Positions 30,711 to 39,629 are shown, counted from the stretch's first letter. The stretch is DNA of 64,000 nt from an uncultured virus (IMG/VR IMGVR_UViG_3300020048_000098) (IMGVR_UViG_3300020048_000098:1-64000); one strand, 5' to 3'. Made by a program: numbers and translations. The notes: a model not told the origin generated them from the letters alone.

Positions 30711-31145
30711 ATGTCATTTACAGAGGAATTCAAATCAATGCCTGAGGTACTCGTGGGTAAAAAAGTTTTAATTGTTGAAACCGGACCGGGGGGTAGAGAG
30801 AATAAGTACCTAAGAGCTATCAAAACTGCCACTGCTTCCCGGGTAACTATAGAGAATTACCTAGACCAATTTTACCATGACGGTAGAGTAGTAGGGAAGT
30901 CCTCATCTAAGTATTTAAGGGACAAAGCCAATTGGGGAAATACCACAAGCATAAAACTCTTAACCGGAGAAGAGTACCTACGTATCAAATCCACCTGGAC
31001 TGATTCCAGGTTAAAGGTTGATAAGATTAAGTTCATAACCGAGAATATAGGTAAGGTAGATAACAATGATACCCTACTTAAAATACAAAACCTCATTGTA
31101 AACTACTTAACTGTCAACAACCCCAATGGAAAAGCTAGTATGTAA
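30711..31145 (+). CDS. Hypothetical protein
   Basis: Tightly packed ORF. Confidence 0.6.
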   Translation: MSFTEEFKSMPEVLVGKKVLIVETGPGGRENKYLRAIKTATASRVTIENYLDQFYHDGRVVGKSSSKYLRDKANWGNTTSIKLLTGEEYLRIKSTWTDSRLKVDKIKFITENIGKVDNNDTLLKIQNLIVNYLTVNNPNGKASM

Positions 31146-31497
31146 GAAATGCGGGGTAGAAAAAGGTACCCAAGAATTCTCCCGACATTCCAGCACTTCT
31201 ACAGGCTACCAAACTTACTGTAGAGAGTGCATGAAACCCTACCAACGTGGTTACCGGCTTAACCATAAAGATAAATGTAATGCCCAAGTAAGGAAGTACA
31301 GACTAAGTAATCCCCTATCCCATAAAACTCGATGCAGGGATTACCAAACTAAGAACAGAGCACAGTTATCAGATAACTACATAAAGAACCAGTTAAAAGC
31401 CCTTGGTTTTGAGAAAGAGGATATCACTCCTAGTTTAATTGAACTTAAGAGGCAGCACCTATCACTATTAAGAAATATAAAAATTGCAAAGAAATGA
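31126..31497 (+). CDS. Zn-finger protein (CxxC...CxxC) resembling the N-terminus of phage endonucleases
   Basis: CKKCGVEK...F......GYQTYCREC; no nuclease motif recognised downstream. Confidence 0.6.
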   Translation: MEKLVCKKCGVEKGTQEFSRHSSTSTGYQTYCRECMKPYQRGYRLNHKDKCNAQVRKYRLSNPLSHKTRCRDYQTKNRAQLSDNYIKNQLKALGFEKEDITPSLIELKRQHLSLLRNIKIAKK

Positions 31498-31775
31498 CAA
31501 CTAACTTCAACCAAGTAATTGATACCCTTGCCAAAGCCAATCAGGATTTGATTGATGGCAAAATAACTGTAGACCAAGCTAAAGTGATTGGGATTAATAC
31601 CCAGGTAATTATTAATGCCGCTAAGGTTACTTTGGACCTTATGAAGTTCCAAGATAAAAAGGAAGCTGGCTTCTTCCGGGAAAATGGGGACCCCAGCTTA
31701 TTAGATGATACCCTTAAAGAAATTGAGAAGAACAGAGCTAAGCCCCTAGAACTGGGGAAACCCAAGGCAGTGTGA
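31494..31775 (+). CDS. Hypothetical protein
   Basis: ATGA-coupled to the Zn-finger gene. Confidence 0.6.
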   Translation: MTTNFNQVIDTLAKANQDLIDGKITVDQAKVIGINTQVIINAAKVTLDLMKFQDKKEAGFFRENGDPSLLDDTLKEIEKNRAKPLELGKPKAV

Positions 31776-31842
31776 CTGTCTCCTAGTGTATTGGAAATAA
31801 CAACTTAACTAAATTTATATTAACTAACCAACAAACTACTAG

Positions 31843-32295
31843 ATGGAACAAGTAAACCACCCAGTGCATTACAATTCGTACTCTATAGAAGTTATAGATA
31901 TGATGGAAAGAATATGGGGTATAACTCCCACTATCACTTTCTGTGAGATGAATGCCTTTAAGTATCGGATGAGAGCAGGCATTAAGCACGACAACCCAGA
32001 AGAGGACTTAAATAAAGAAGCTTGGTACCTGGTTAAAGCTAAAGCCTTAAGAGACAAGTTAAGTCCTAGACCCAACCCAAATGTAAAACCTCCACTTTAC
32101 AGACCACCTTTCCACGTAACGATTGAAGGTACAGAAGCAGAAGTAATCCGGGAATTTAGGTTAGAAGTAGAGGGTGGATGGTTATATGAGACCCGTTCTA
32201 AAATCCCAATCTCGGACCCAACTAACCCAGGATTCAACACCGCTAAAAATATCTTTACCGAAGAAGAACTTACCATTTACCTAGACTTACACTAA
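31843..32295 (+). CDS. DUF3310 (T7 gp1.7-like nucleotide kinase family) protein
   Basis: VNHPVHY...IEVID...NAFKYRMRAG.K....EDLNKEAWYL. Confidence 0.85.
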   Translation: MEQVNHPVHYNSYSIEVIDMMERIWGITPTITFCEMNAFKYRMRAGIKHDNPEEDLNKEAWYLVKAKALRDKLSPRPNPNVKPPLYRPPFHVTIEGTEAEVIREFRLEVEGGWLYETRSKIPISDPTNPGFNTAKNIFTEEELTIYLDLH

Positions 32296-32297
32296 CC

Positions 32298-32606
32298 ATG
32301 ATTAATGCAGACAAGCTTAGGGCTAAAATCCTAGCAACAGAAAACTCCGACCTAATATCTGAGTACTGGCAATTTATGATTCAGATAGAGAAAGAGGTAT
32401 CCGACCTGAAAGAGGAAGTAACCAAGCTAAAGGCTTCCAATAATAGGTATCATGTAGCTATAGACTCCCCACTCTGGGATGCAGAACGATTAGAACCTGG
32501 CATCATCCCTAACCGGGACATCTCTGATAAAATCTGTAACTTCGAACGACTATCCAATAACGTAATAACCCAACCTCAAATAAGAAAGGAACCCAATGAG
32601 CAATAA
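32298..32606 (+). CDS. Hypothetical protein
   Basis: Tightly packed ORF. Confidence 0.6.
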   Translation: MINADKLRAKILATENSDLISEYWQFMIQIEKEVSDLKEEVTKLKASNNRYHVAIDSPLWDAERLEPGIIPNRDISDKICNFERLSNNVITQPQIRKEPNEQ

Positions 32607-32931
32607 CCTATTAGTAACACTCCTAGCCCTAAGCCTAATTTTCATCATACTATGGGTACCTTACGTACTACATAAAAAACCTTTACCTAAACCCGCTTAT
32701 CTAACCTCTCCTTTAGAGCAAGTCATTGAGAAGATAAGTAACATACCTATGAGGGATAAACATTACTCTATATGTGTATCTGAAAGATACGTAACTGCGG
32801 TACTCTTAGATGAAGTAATTACCTCTACCCAACTGGGTACTCTACTTGAAAGCCTTAATCATCCTTTTGAGTTAGTACTTGATGGGAATGGTAAGACAAG
32901 CATCCGTATAAGACGAGACGAACTAGGGTAG
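32596..32931 (+). CDS. Membrane-anchored hypothetical protein
   Basis: N-terminal TM; last gene of the plus-strand block. Confidence 0.6.
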   Translation: MSNNLLVTLLALSLIFIILWVPYVLHKKPLPKPAYLTSPLEQVIEKISNIPMRDKHYSICVSERYVTAVLLDEVITSTQLGTLLESLNHPFELVLDGNGKTSIRIRRDELG

Positions 32932-32961
32932 GACGGATAATTTCCTGGCAAAATTTTTTAT

Positions 32962-32987
32962 GGGGTTGGCCTTAATTGGTTGACCCC
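32962..32987 (+). terminator. Hairpin after plus-strand operon
   Basis: GGGGTTGGCC-TTAATT-GGTTGACCCC stem, which pairs on the plus strand through G-U pairs; weak U-tail. Confidence 0.45.
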
Positions 32988-33382
32988 TAAATGTGTAATC
33001 GGATAGGGGGGGAGATTGTTCCTTGTTCAATGGGCCTTGGGAATTAATACCTTCAGAACTATACAAGACAGAGATGGGATTTTAGGGCTTGGGCTATGGC
33101 AGTAGGAGGGCGGGGTAGTATCAAAAATAAACAAAAAAATAGAAAAAAAATAGAGGATACTTTTTTATTTAGTTACTCCTCTATATATAATTTATATATA
33201 CGTTGCAAATTTATTGTTTTTAAAGCTCTTTTTTGCACGTTCTTTCTTTACTTTATTATCTTTATTAACTACATATATAAAACACGTTATAATTAAAGAT
33301 AAAGAACAAATAAACACTATATAAATTTTTGCGAATAATTCAAAATACATATAATTAAGTTTTAAAATTAATAAATTAAAAA

Positions 33383-33410
33383 ATATCTTTTTTTTGAATA
33401 GAAAAGATAT
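33383..33410 (-). terminator. AT-rich terminator-like hairpin after island gene
   Basis: ATATCTTTT / AAAAGATAT followed by T-run on the minus strand. Confidence 0.5.
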
Positions 33411-33425
33411 AAAAACTATTTAATA

Positions 33426-33863
33426 CTAATTTTCTTTACAAGTATTTAAAACTACATCTAAACACTTTAAAAACTCAATATTTTCGTGATTTTTCTCGCT
33501 TTTTTGTGTGTATGACTGCAAACTATAATCATTATTATTAAAGTTTTCAGTATAAAACACTTTAAATTCATTTATTAAATCAATTGTTAATTCATTTTTT
33601 TGCATAGCTTGAATAAATAAATAAATTTTATTTTCGCTTTGTGTTCTTAATTTTCTGCGAAAACTTTTCTTTTCTGTTTCATTGCTTTTCAAATTTTGCA
33701 AATGAGCAGGATATTTGTATAGTTCTTTATTGCTTTGTGTTTCTTTTACAATAGTTTGTAAATTAATAGCTTTTAGTTTTTCGCTTAAATTAGCGTTAAC
33801 AGTTATTAAATTGCTTTCAATTGTGTTAACTGTTTTTTCTGCATTGTTTTTTGTAGTTTTCAT
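33426..33863 (-). CDS. Island protein 1, YP-motif family, no Gly or Trp
   Basis: 145-aa ORF; YKYPAH...EKKSFRRKLR motif shared with three other proteins in the window. Confidence 0.8.
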   Translation of the reverse strand: MKTTKNNAEKTVNTIESNLITVNANLSEKLKAINLQTIVKETQSNKELYKYPAHLQNLKSNETEKKSFRRKLRTQSENKIYLFIQAMQKNELTIDLINEFKVFYTENFNNNDYSLQSYTQKSEKNHENIEFLKCLDVVLNTCKEN

Positions 33864-33999
33864 AATAGTAAAATTTAAAGATTAAAATTAAATTAATTAA
33901 TTATTTTTTGTTTGTTTCAATTTGATATTGTAAAGTAACGATATTATTTTTAATTATGCAAATATTTTTTCAATTATTTTTAAATTATTTTTTAAGTAT

Positions 34000-34314
34000 T
34001 TAATTTTCAATATCTAAAGAAATTTTTGCAATCTCTAAAAAATAATCATTATTAATAATATAATGCGTTTCAATATTTGTATTAATATTTTTTATATCAA
34101 TATCATTACTTGCAAATTCGTATACAATTGTATGAATTAATTCTAAAATATTATTTAATTCATTAGAATAAAGAACAAAATTAATAGTATTATTTATTTC
34201 TTTATAACTTGAAACTTTAATTTCTAAAAAACTATCAATTTTAGTTAATTCTATATTTTTTAAATTAATAATATTATTTATTTTATTTAAAAAATAACTG
34301 TTTTCTTTTTTCAT
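34000..34314 (-). CDS. Island protein 2, no Gly, Pro or Trp
   Basis: 104-aa ORF in very AT-rich DNA; upstream leader resembles that of 33426..33863. Confidence 0.65.
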   Translation of the reverse strand: MKKENSYFLNKINNIINLKNIELTKIDSFLEIKVSSYKEINNTINFVLYSNELNNILELIHTIVYEFASNDIDIKNINTNIETHYIINNDYFLEIAKISLDIEN

Positions 34315-34470
34315 ATTTTTCTAATTTTAAGTTAATAATTTATTTTTTCGTTTCAGTTTGATAGTGCAATATTAAGAATATAATTTTAAATAAAAAATAA
34401 ATTTTAAAAATAAATTCAATTTAAAATAATTCTAAATAATATATATTTTAATTTTTTAATGCAATTTTAA

Positions 34471-34490
34471 GGGGTGGGGCAGGGGGTGGG
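34471..34490 (+). other. G-quadruplex-forming motif at island boundary
   Basis: GGGGTGGGGCAGGGGGTGGG: four G-tracts with 1-2 nt loops. Confidence 0.7.
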
Positions 34491-34496
34491 AAAAAA

Positions 34497-34976
34497 GGCC
34501 TGTATAGCTCCTACCTGACCCCCTGGCTCCTACCTTGAGGGCCTTGTTGGCTATATACTATTCCTAAGGGCTTCCTGAGGCCTGTATACGTTAATAGAAG
34601 TCCATATAGCTCCTACTCTAGTACTATTCTTTTAAAAAGCTAAGAGTTAATGCTTAGTTTATACTTTAAACTACTAGATTATACCCTGAAACCCCACAGT
34701 AACTGAGTAATTGAATATATTAATATTATATAATGGATTGGGGCCTTCTAGGCTTTAAAGTAGCCTGGCCTTATATATCCCTACCTGCTTGGCTCCTGCC
34801 TTGCCATCTCGGCCTTGTAGGCTATAGTCGATTCGCCTTGGTCGCTTTAAGGCCTTATAGCTATTCCGGGTATGGGTACCTACTATTTACACTAAAAAAC
34901 CTGAAGTAAACTCCAGGCTTCCAATGTATGGTCCTAAGGCCGTAAGGCGCTAAAGAGGTACCCATTTAGCTCCTAC
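34497..34976. repeat. Non-coding region with GCTCCTAC direct repeats and dense GGCC(T)
   Basis: GCTCCTAC at 34507, 34526, 34609, 34969 (variant GCTCCTGC at 34792); 8 GGCC between 34497 and 34941. Confidence 0.75.
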
Positions 34977-34994
34977 TCCAGGCAAGGGTACCTT

Positions 34995-35879
34995 CTAAAC
35001 AAATATCAATTCCGATTCCTTAATCTCCTTAATATCCTCAACCTTACCTATATTCTTCATCTTAATGAGCTGAGTTTCCGAACCCGACATGGCCTCAATC
35101 TGAGGACAATCCTTCAAATTATGTCTCTCAAATAGATTCAAATCCTTGACATCCTCAGGAATATTAATCTCAGAAACCTGTCCCAAAACCATACTTCTTG
35201 CTTCTTCTATAGATACATAATTAGAGTTATTTTGTTGGTTTAGGTTTATGGTTACAGGTGAGGTTGGCTTCTCTCCTAATCCGATTTCATGAGGTCTCTG
35301 TCTCGCCTGAACTAATGTCTTGAAGTCTTCAGCTACCTGTTTGGTACTTTTGAGGTAGGTATCATAGCCCTTAAACAGTACCTCAAAAGCCCTGATTGGG
35401 AGCTTACGGGCATCCTCAAATCCTGGTCCGAATCCCTGATTTTGAGGCCCTGATAATCCCTGATTTCCTGGTCCCTGTCCCTGACGTTTTGAGGCCTCAA
35501 TAGCCGAGTTTATGGTACCGAGATTGTCTTGGATTGAGGCTATCAAATCAAGGCCATCGGTGGCTATTAGGCTTAGGAAACCAGTGTATAAATTGACAGC
35601 CTTATCGCCCTCTTGGGCTATGTGGTTGGCTACAGCAACGGGCTCTACAGCCATTTGGGCTAGGAGGCTTTTCTGTAGCCCTGATTCCTTCTCCCCTAAA
35701 CCCCGTCCTAGAACCGATAAGCTCATATGAGCCATATATAGTTGTATATTAGAGTCTATATAATAGTTTAGTACTTTGTTGGTGATTTTTTGATGTATCC
35801 TTGTTTTGGTGGATTGTTTAGAAGTTGATTGATACTTTAGTGATAAGTTAGTTAAGTTGTGTGGTCTAGGTAGTTTCAT
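34995..35879 (-). CDS. Hypothetical protein, candidate terminase small subunit or DNA-binding protein
   Basis: 294-aa ORF; basic N-terminus, helical core, TINLNQQNN segment; adjacent to the repeat region; no TerS recognised near terL. Confidence 0.4.
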   Translation of the reverse strand: MKLPRPHNLTNLSLKYQSTSKQSTKTRIHQKITNKVLNYYIDSNIQLYMAHMSLSVLGRGLGEKESGLQKSLLAQMAVEPVAVANHIAQEGDKAVNLYTGFLSLIATDGLDLIASIQDNLGTINSAIEASKRQGQGPGNQGLSGPQNQGFGPGFEDARKLPIRAFEVLFKGYDTYLKSTKQVAEDFKTLVQARQRPHEIGLGEKPTSPVTINLNQQNNSNYVSIEEARSMVLGQVSEINIPEDVKDLNLFERHNLKDCPQIEAMSGSETQLIKMKNIGKVEDIKEIKESELIFV

Positions 35880-35952
35880 AGGATTCTAAATTAATATGTT
35901 TAGCTTAGGCCAGGAGTCTTCCTTCGTTAGTTCTTTGTGTATCCACAGTAAA

Positions 35953-35973
35953 GCCCTACCTTTGGAGTAGGGC
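35953..35973 (-). terminator. Probable intrinsic terminator ending the early cluster
   Basis: GCCCTAC / GTAGGGC stem followed by TTTTA on the minus strand. Confidence 0.5.
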
Positions 35974-36042
35974 CCTGCGATTGAAGATGTAGATAGTAAG
36001 AATTAGTTGTAGATTATCTATTATGTAGTTGTGGTTAAAGTA

Positions 36043-36594
36043 TTAAGCTAGATAGTCCCTTAAGTCTTTATCTGATTTGAATTCTGTTATAGTAGGTATG
36101 AAGCTATCTGGAATGTCTTCTATGCCCATTATGTATTCCCGGTTTGGATAGGTTTCTTGGTGATATGTAGAATAACAGTACTTATCTCTTATAGTATCAT
36201 ACCATTCTGCTAAGAAGATTCGTTCTTTAGTTTTATCTGTTTCAGTATCCTCTATCCCATCTTGTTTCTTGGGCTTAATATGCTCTGCCCATTCTGTCTC
36301 GTCGTAGATGTGGATGTCTCCTTCATCGAATACCAGGCAGTACCTATTTATTTCATCCACTTCCTCTTCTGGTGTGATGAAATTAACCACTGCTATCAGA
36401 TGCTCTGGTTTGTAATCATCATAAGCCGGGTCTCTTAGTAAGTCCCATAATGAATCCGGATATTCATCCTCGTCATCATTGATTTTTAACTTATCAAAGT
36501 ATCTTAGTTCGGCAATCTCTTCTATTGTACCGTACATATCCTTTTCTAGGAGTAGGCAATGGTCACCTTGTTTGGCTTGATTAAATGATTTCAT
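36043..36594 (-). CDS. Acidic hypothetical early protein
   Basis: ORF in early cluster. Confidence 0.65.
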   Translation of the reverse strand: MKSFNQAKQGDHCLLLEKDMYGTIEEIAELRYFDKLKINDDEDEYPDSLWDLLRDPAYDDYKPEHLIAVVNFITPEEEVDEINRYCLVFDEGDIHIYDETEWAEHIKPKKQDGIEDTETDKTKERIFLAEWYDTIRDKYCYSTYHQETYPNREYIMGIEDIPDSFIPTITEFKSDKDLRDYLA

Positions 36595-36597
36595 GGT

Positions 36598-37047
36598 TTA
36601 GTAGTTTATGTGGTAAGTATATATTGTGTTTCCTGTTTCCTGGTCCTGGATTGTTTCTATGTATTCCATCCTTGATTTGGGTATGTTGAAGAATGCCGAG
36701 CAAGTTATCCTTGTCTCATCATCCCAGTCATCCCAAACTATTTCCTCTCCAGGATTTGTTGCCTGTTGTATTTCCTTCATCATTTCAAATTCATTTGTTA
36801 TATCAGAGAGGATATCTAGCCTTTTCTGTATATCTTCACCTATGAATTCATCCAGGCTTATACAAGTATGTGCTATAATCGGTATGAATGCAATATCCAC
36901 TTCCCTCTTACCATTTTCAATCCATTCCTCGATGTCGGATAAGTTGATTTCTGCAGGTAGTTTATATTTGAAATCCAAAGTTGTGATTTCGTAGTCTGGG
37001 TATTCCATACCTGGTCTATGTATTGAGTATATAACTAGTGTTTTCAT
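36598..37047 (-). CDS. Acidic hypothetical early protein
   Basis: Tightly packed ORF. Confidence 0.65.
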   Translation of the reverse strand: MKTLVIYSIHRPGMEYPDYEITTLDFKYKLPAEINLSDIEEWIENGKREVDIAFIPIIAHTCISLDEFIGEDIQKRLDILSDITNEFEMMKEIQQATNPGEEIVWDDWDDETRITCSAFFNIPKSRMEYIETIQDQETGNTIYTYHINY

Positions 37048-37437
37048 TTAGTCTAGGTTTAAATGTGGATATTCGATTAATGCAAATGTTGATGTTGCTT
37101 CCCGGTAGTACATTGTGTACATGTGTACATCGGGTAATTTTGTTAAGTCCTTTATCCGTACTGATAAATCATTTGGGTTGTAGGATAGGATTATAGATTT
37201 AGGGATTACACCTTCAGCATGTAGTACCTTTAGTTTTGAATATAGGGTGTTTTTAGTTACCTTCACCGTCCTGATTGTTATGTTAGGATTAGGACCTACT
37301 GTTAGATGCAGTTTTACTGGGTCCAGGTAAACTGGTTGGTCTAGCCCCTGATTGAAGTGGTCCATAAGTTTCCAAAGAACTCGGGCAAGGTCATCTACCC
37401 GAGGTTGGAGTAATTTGTGGTAAGAGATTGTTTCCAT
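37048..37437 (-). CDS. Hypothetical early protein
   Basis: Tightly packed ORF. Confidence 0.65.
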   Translation of the reverse strand: METISYHKLLQPRVDDLARVLWKLMDHFNQGLDQPVYLDPVKLHLTVGPNPNITIRTVKVTKNTLYSKLKVLHAEGVIPKSIILSYNPNDLSVRIKDLTKLPDVHMYTMYYREATSTFALIEYPHLNLD

Positions 37438-37439
37438 GT

Positions 37440-37784
37440 TTATAAATGTCCTAAGTTAGACCATTGGATGAAGGCAATGTCATTGTCTTCTATGTTTATA
37501 TATTTTATGGTACCTTCCGATAAGCAATGGTTACCGTGGTCCATGATTAAAGCAACCTGGTCATCCGTTATTTTATATTTAGGATTTAGCAGGGCAATTG
37601 AAAAGATAGTTCCCGCATCTGGCTCACCTGGGTTGCAGTCCATAGCAGAACTGTTTAGTATAGCACCCTTTAAAGTACGTGCAAAGGTATAAGCAACTAG
37701 TTTTGTTACTTCTGTGTCTTGGGAGGGTTCTCTCCAGGTTTTTTCAATTAGGGCAATTAGTTGACTTTCGATTAGAGTTTCCAT
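37440..37784 (-). CDS. Hypothetical early protein
   Basis: First gene after promoter P1. Confidence 0.65.
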   Translation of the reverse strand: METLIESQLIALIEKTWREPSQDTEVTKLVAYTFARTLKGAILNSSAMDCNPGEPDAGTIFSIALLNPKYKITDDQVALIMDHGNHCLSEGTIKYINIEDNDIAFIQWSNLGHL

Positions 37785-37826
37785 GTTATGTAGGTTTTAA
37801 ATTTATATTTTATTATTTTATATATG

Positions 37827-37879
37827 CAAATATAATAATAATTTTGCCCCCGTGCAACAGGGTTATTACCTTTATTGCC
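37827..37879 (-). promoter_or_regulatory. Early promoter P1 (Bacteroidota -33/-7) with tandem GGYAAT box
   Basis: TTG (37857-55) - N20 - TATATTTG (37834-27); upstream GGCAATAAAGGTAAT. Confidence 0.85.
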
Positions 37880-38376
37880 TAATCCACATATATTGGAAAT
37901 TCGTATTCATCATCAGATACATAAGATGGTTCCTCATCCCCCACGTCTACCATTGAGTCAATCTCTACCAAAGCATTGTCTGGGCAGGTATATATGCAAA
38001 AGTTTTCGGGCAGTATCATCCGTTTTAGATGCCATAAGATATCCTCTGCGGATGGATTTGAAGTAACCATTAAAGATACATTGTAGTCAACTAGGCATCC
38101 AAAAGAGAAGGCCCTATCCGAATAGGATATTTGAAATTGTTCGTTATCATCTTGGGATTTGTAACCTCTTAGGAGTTCCACTATGTTTTGAGCAAGGGTG
38201 TATAGCTTGGCTATATGTGTCATCTTAAGCTCTAAGTCCTCGATTTCTGATTTAGGATAGGTATTACTGAATAGCTCTAAGTCCCCAGTTTCAGTAATGT
38301 AGTCAAGTTCTTTGGCTTCATCAAGTAAGGCTAATATAGCCTTAGCTTGGATTGGTGTTATTTGTGTAGTTTCCAT
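37879..38376 (-). CDS. Hypothetical early protein
   Basis: TAATG-coupled ORF. Confidence 0.65.
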   Translation of the reverse strand: METTQITPIQAKAILALLDEAKELDYITETGDLELFSNTYPKSEIEDLELKMTHIAKLYTLAQNIVELLRGYKSQDDNEQFQISYSDRAFSFGCLVDYNVSLMVTSNPSAEDILWHLKRMILPENFCIYTCPDNALVEIDSMVDVGDEEPSYVSDDEYEFPIYVD

Positions 38377-38678
38377 TAGTAAATGTATTTTTTAGATTTG
38401 TGAAACATGACTTCTGAATTTCCGTTTAGTGTATCGAGTTGATTATCGATGATGGCATTTAATATTGAGGGTACTTGGTGAGGGTATACCTTTAAGATAT
38501 TTTGTTTTGTTACCTTTTTGTCATAGAGTGCAAGAATAGCCCTCCGATTACCGGAATCGATTAAGGTTTTCTTTAGCATGTAGCTTTGTAGCAGTTTCCT
38601 TAGGTTTTCAATAAGTTGGAATTCATAAGGTTTTTGTGAAAGCTTTGTTTGTTTGAGGTCCTTTGGGTCAATTTTCAT
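38376..38678 (-). CDS. Hypothetical early protein
   Basis: First gene after promoter P2. Confidence 0.65.
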   Translation of the reverse strand: MKIDPKDLKQTKLSQKPYEFQLIENLRKLLQSYMLKKTLIDSGNRRAILALYDKKVTKQNILKVYPHQVPSILNAIIDNQLDTLNGNSEVMFHKSKKYIY

Positions 38679-38723
38679 GGGGTTTTATTTTTAATTATTT
38701 ATATTTTTATTAATTATTATATG

Positions 38724-38783
38724 CAAATATAAATATAATAATTACACCGGGCAACTTTTAAATTACCTTTATTACCCGGTGTA
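38724..38783 (-). promoter_or_regulatory. Early promoter P2 with tandem box and 12-bp inverted repeat
   Basis: TTG (38754-52) - N20 - TATATTTG; TACACCGGGCAA / TTACCCGGTGTA. Confidence 0.85.
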
Positions 38784-38795
38784 AGCCTTTGTATG

Positions 38796-39536
38796 TTATT
38801 GATTTTGTTTGAAGTACCCGGAATCCGATACTATAAAGTCTAGGTACCAGTTTAAGCAATCCTCATGTGCAGCATAATCCCCAATAGCAGGAAGTATACA
38901 TTGGACGTCGTTTAGGGATAAAATGATGCGAGGAGCAGTTTGATATTCCTCCAATAGCTCGTACCGTATAGCCCACTTAGCAAGGACTTTTAATTGTTTT
39001 AGTTCTGATTCGAAGAATTCCTTGAGTTCATGCTCGGGAGAGTATATAAAGTAGGATAATATGGCATGTAGGTTTTCCAGTGACTGTTCCATTTCATCTG
39101 TACCATCATCCCCTAAATCAAACTCTATACCCAATTCTTCCTTGTCACCATCGAAATAGCTCCATAGGGATAGGGGTAAAGCACTAATGTCTGGGAATTG
39201 TTCTTTTAAAGTAACGCATCCTTCGTAGTTATCGGGTAATTCATTTGGTAGGGTACTAAGTATTTGTTTTGCCTTAGCTAAGTCCGCATCGGGTTCCCCA
39301 TAGGTTTCTTCTAAGTCCCCGCAGTAATGAAGTTCATAGGAGTAGGCTTCCCGGAATATGGAAAGTACTGAGGGCGTAGGAGTATGGTTATTTTGTAATC
39401 GGGATTTGATTGACATAAGATGAAAGTTGCCTTCCTTATGTGCAGCACCCCAGTCATCCCCTGGATAAGCTATGGCATCAGCTATATTCTTTTGAAGTTG
39501 TTCGATGATTTCTTTTTGTTTTGTGTTTCGGTTCAT
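38796..39536 (-). CDS. Hypothetical early protein
   Basis: 246-aa ORF after promoter P3. Confidence 0.7.
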   Translation of the reverse strand: MNRNTKQKEIIEQLQKNIADAIAYPGDDWGAAHKEGNFHLMSIKSRLQNNHTPTPSVLSIFREAYSYELHYCGDLEETYGEPDADLAKAKQILSTLPNELPDNYEGCVTLKEQFPDISALPLSLWSYFDGDKEELGIEFDLGDDGTDEMEQSLENLHAILSYFIYSPEHELKEFFESELKQLKVLAKWAIRYELLEEYQTAPRIILSLNDVQCILPAIGDYAAHEDCLNWYLDFIVSDSGYFKQNQ

Positions 39537-39576
39537 GGTTTGAATTTTAAATTTTTAATTATTTATTTTATATATG

Positions 39577-39629
39577 CAAATATAATAAATATACTACCCC
39601 AAAGCAACGGATTTATTGCCTAAATTACC
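39577..39629 (-). promoter_or_regulatory. Early promoter P3 with tandem box
   Basis: TTG (39607-05) - N20 - TATATTTG; upstream GGTAATTTAGGCAAT. Confidence 0.85.

Larger units (their letters stand above)
33181..34470. other. GG/CC-free, about 16% GC island carrying two genes
   Basis: Hand count: one GG (33709-33710), zero CC, about 39 GC+CG dinucleotides in 1290 bp. Confidence 0.9.

Noticed and set aside
33096..33296. Plus-strand 66-aa ORF crossing the island's left boundary
   Set aside because: Low-complexity K/F/Y/I translation across a compositional break and hairpins; probably spurious
33181..34470. Island as simple horizontally acquired AT-rich host DNA or an IS
   Set aside because: No transposase, integrase or terminal inverted repeats; low GC does not explain 1 GG/CC versus about 39 GC/CG; one gene shares a motif with native phage genes. 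Misassembly cannot be excluded without reads
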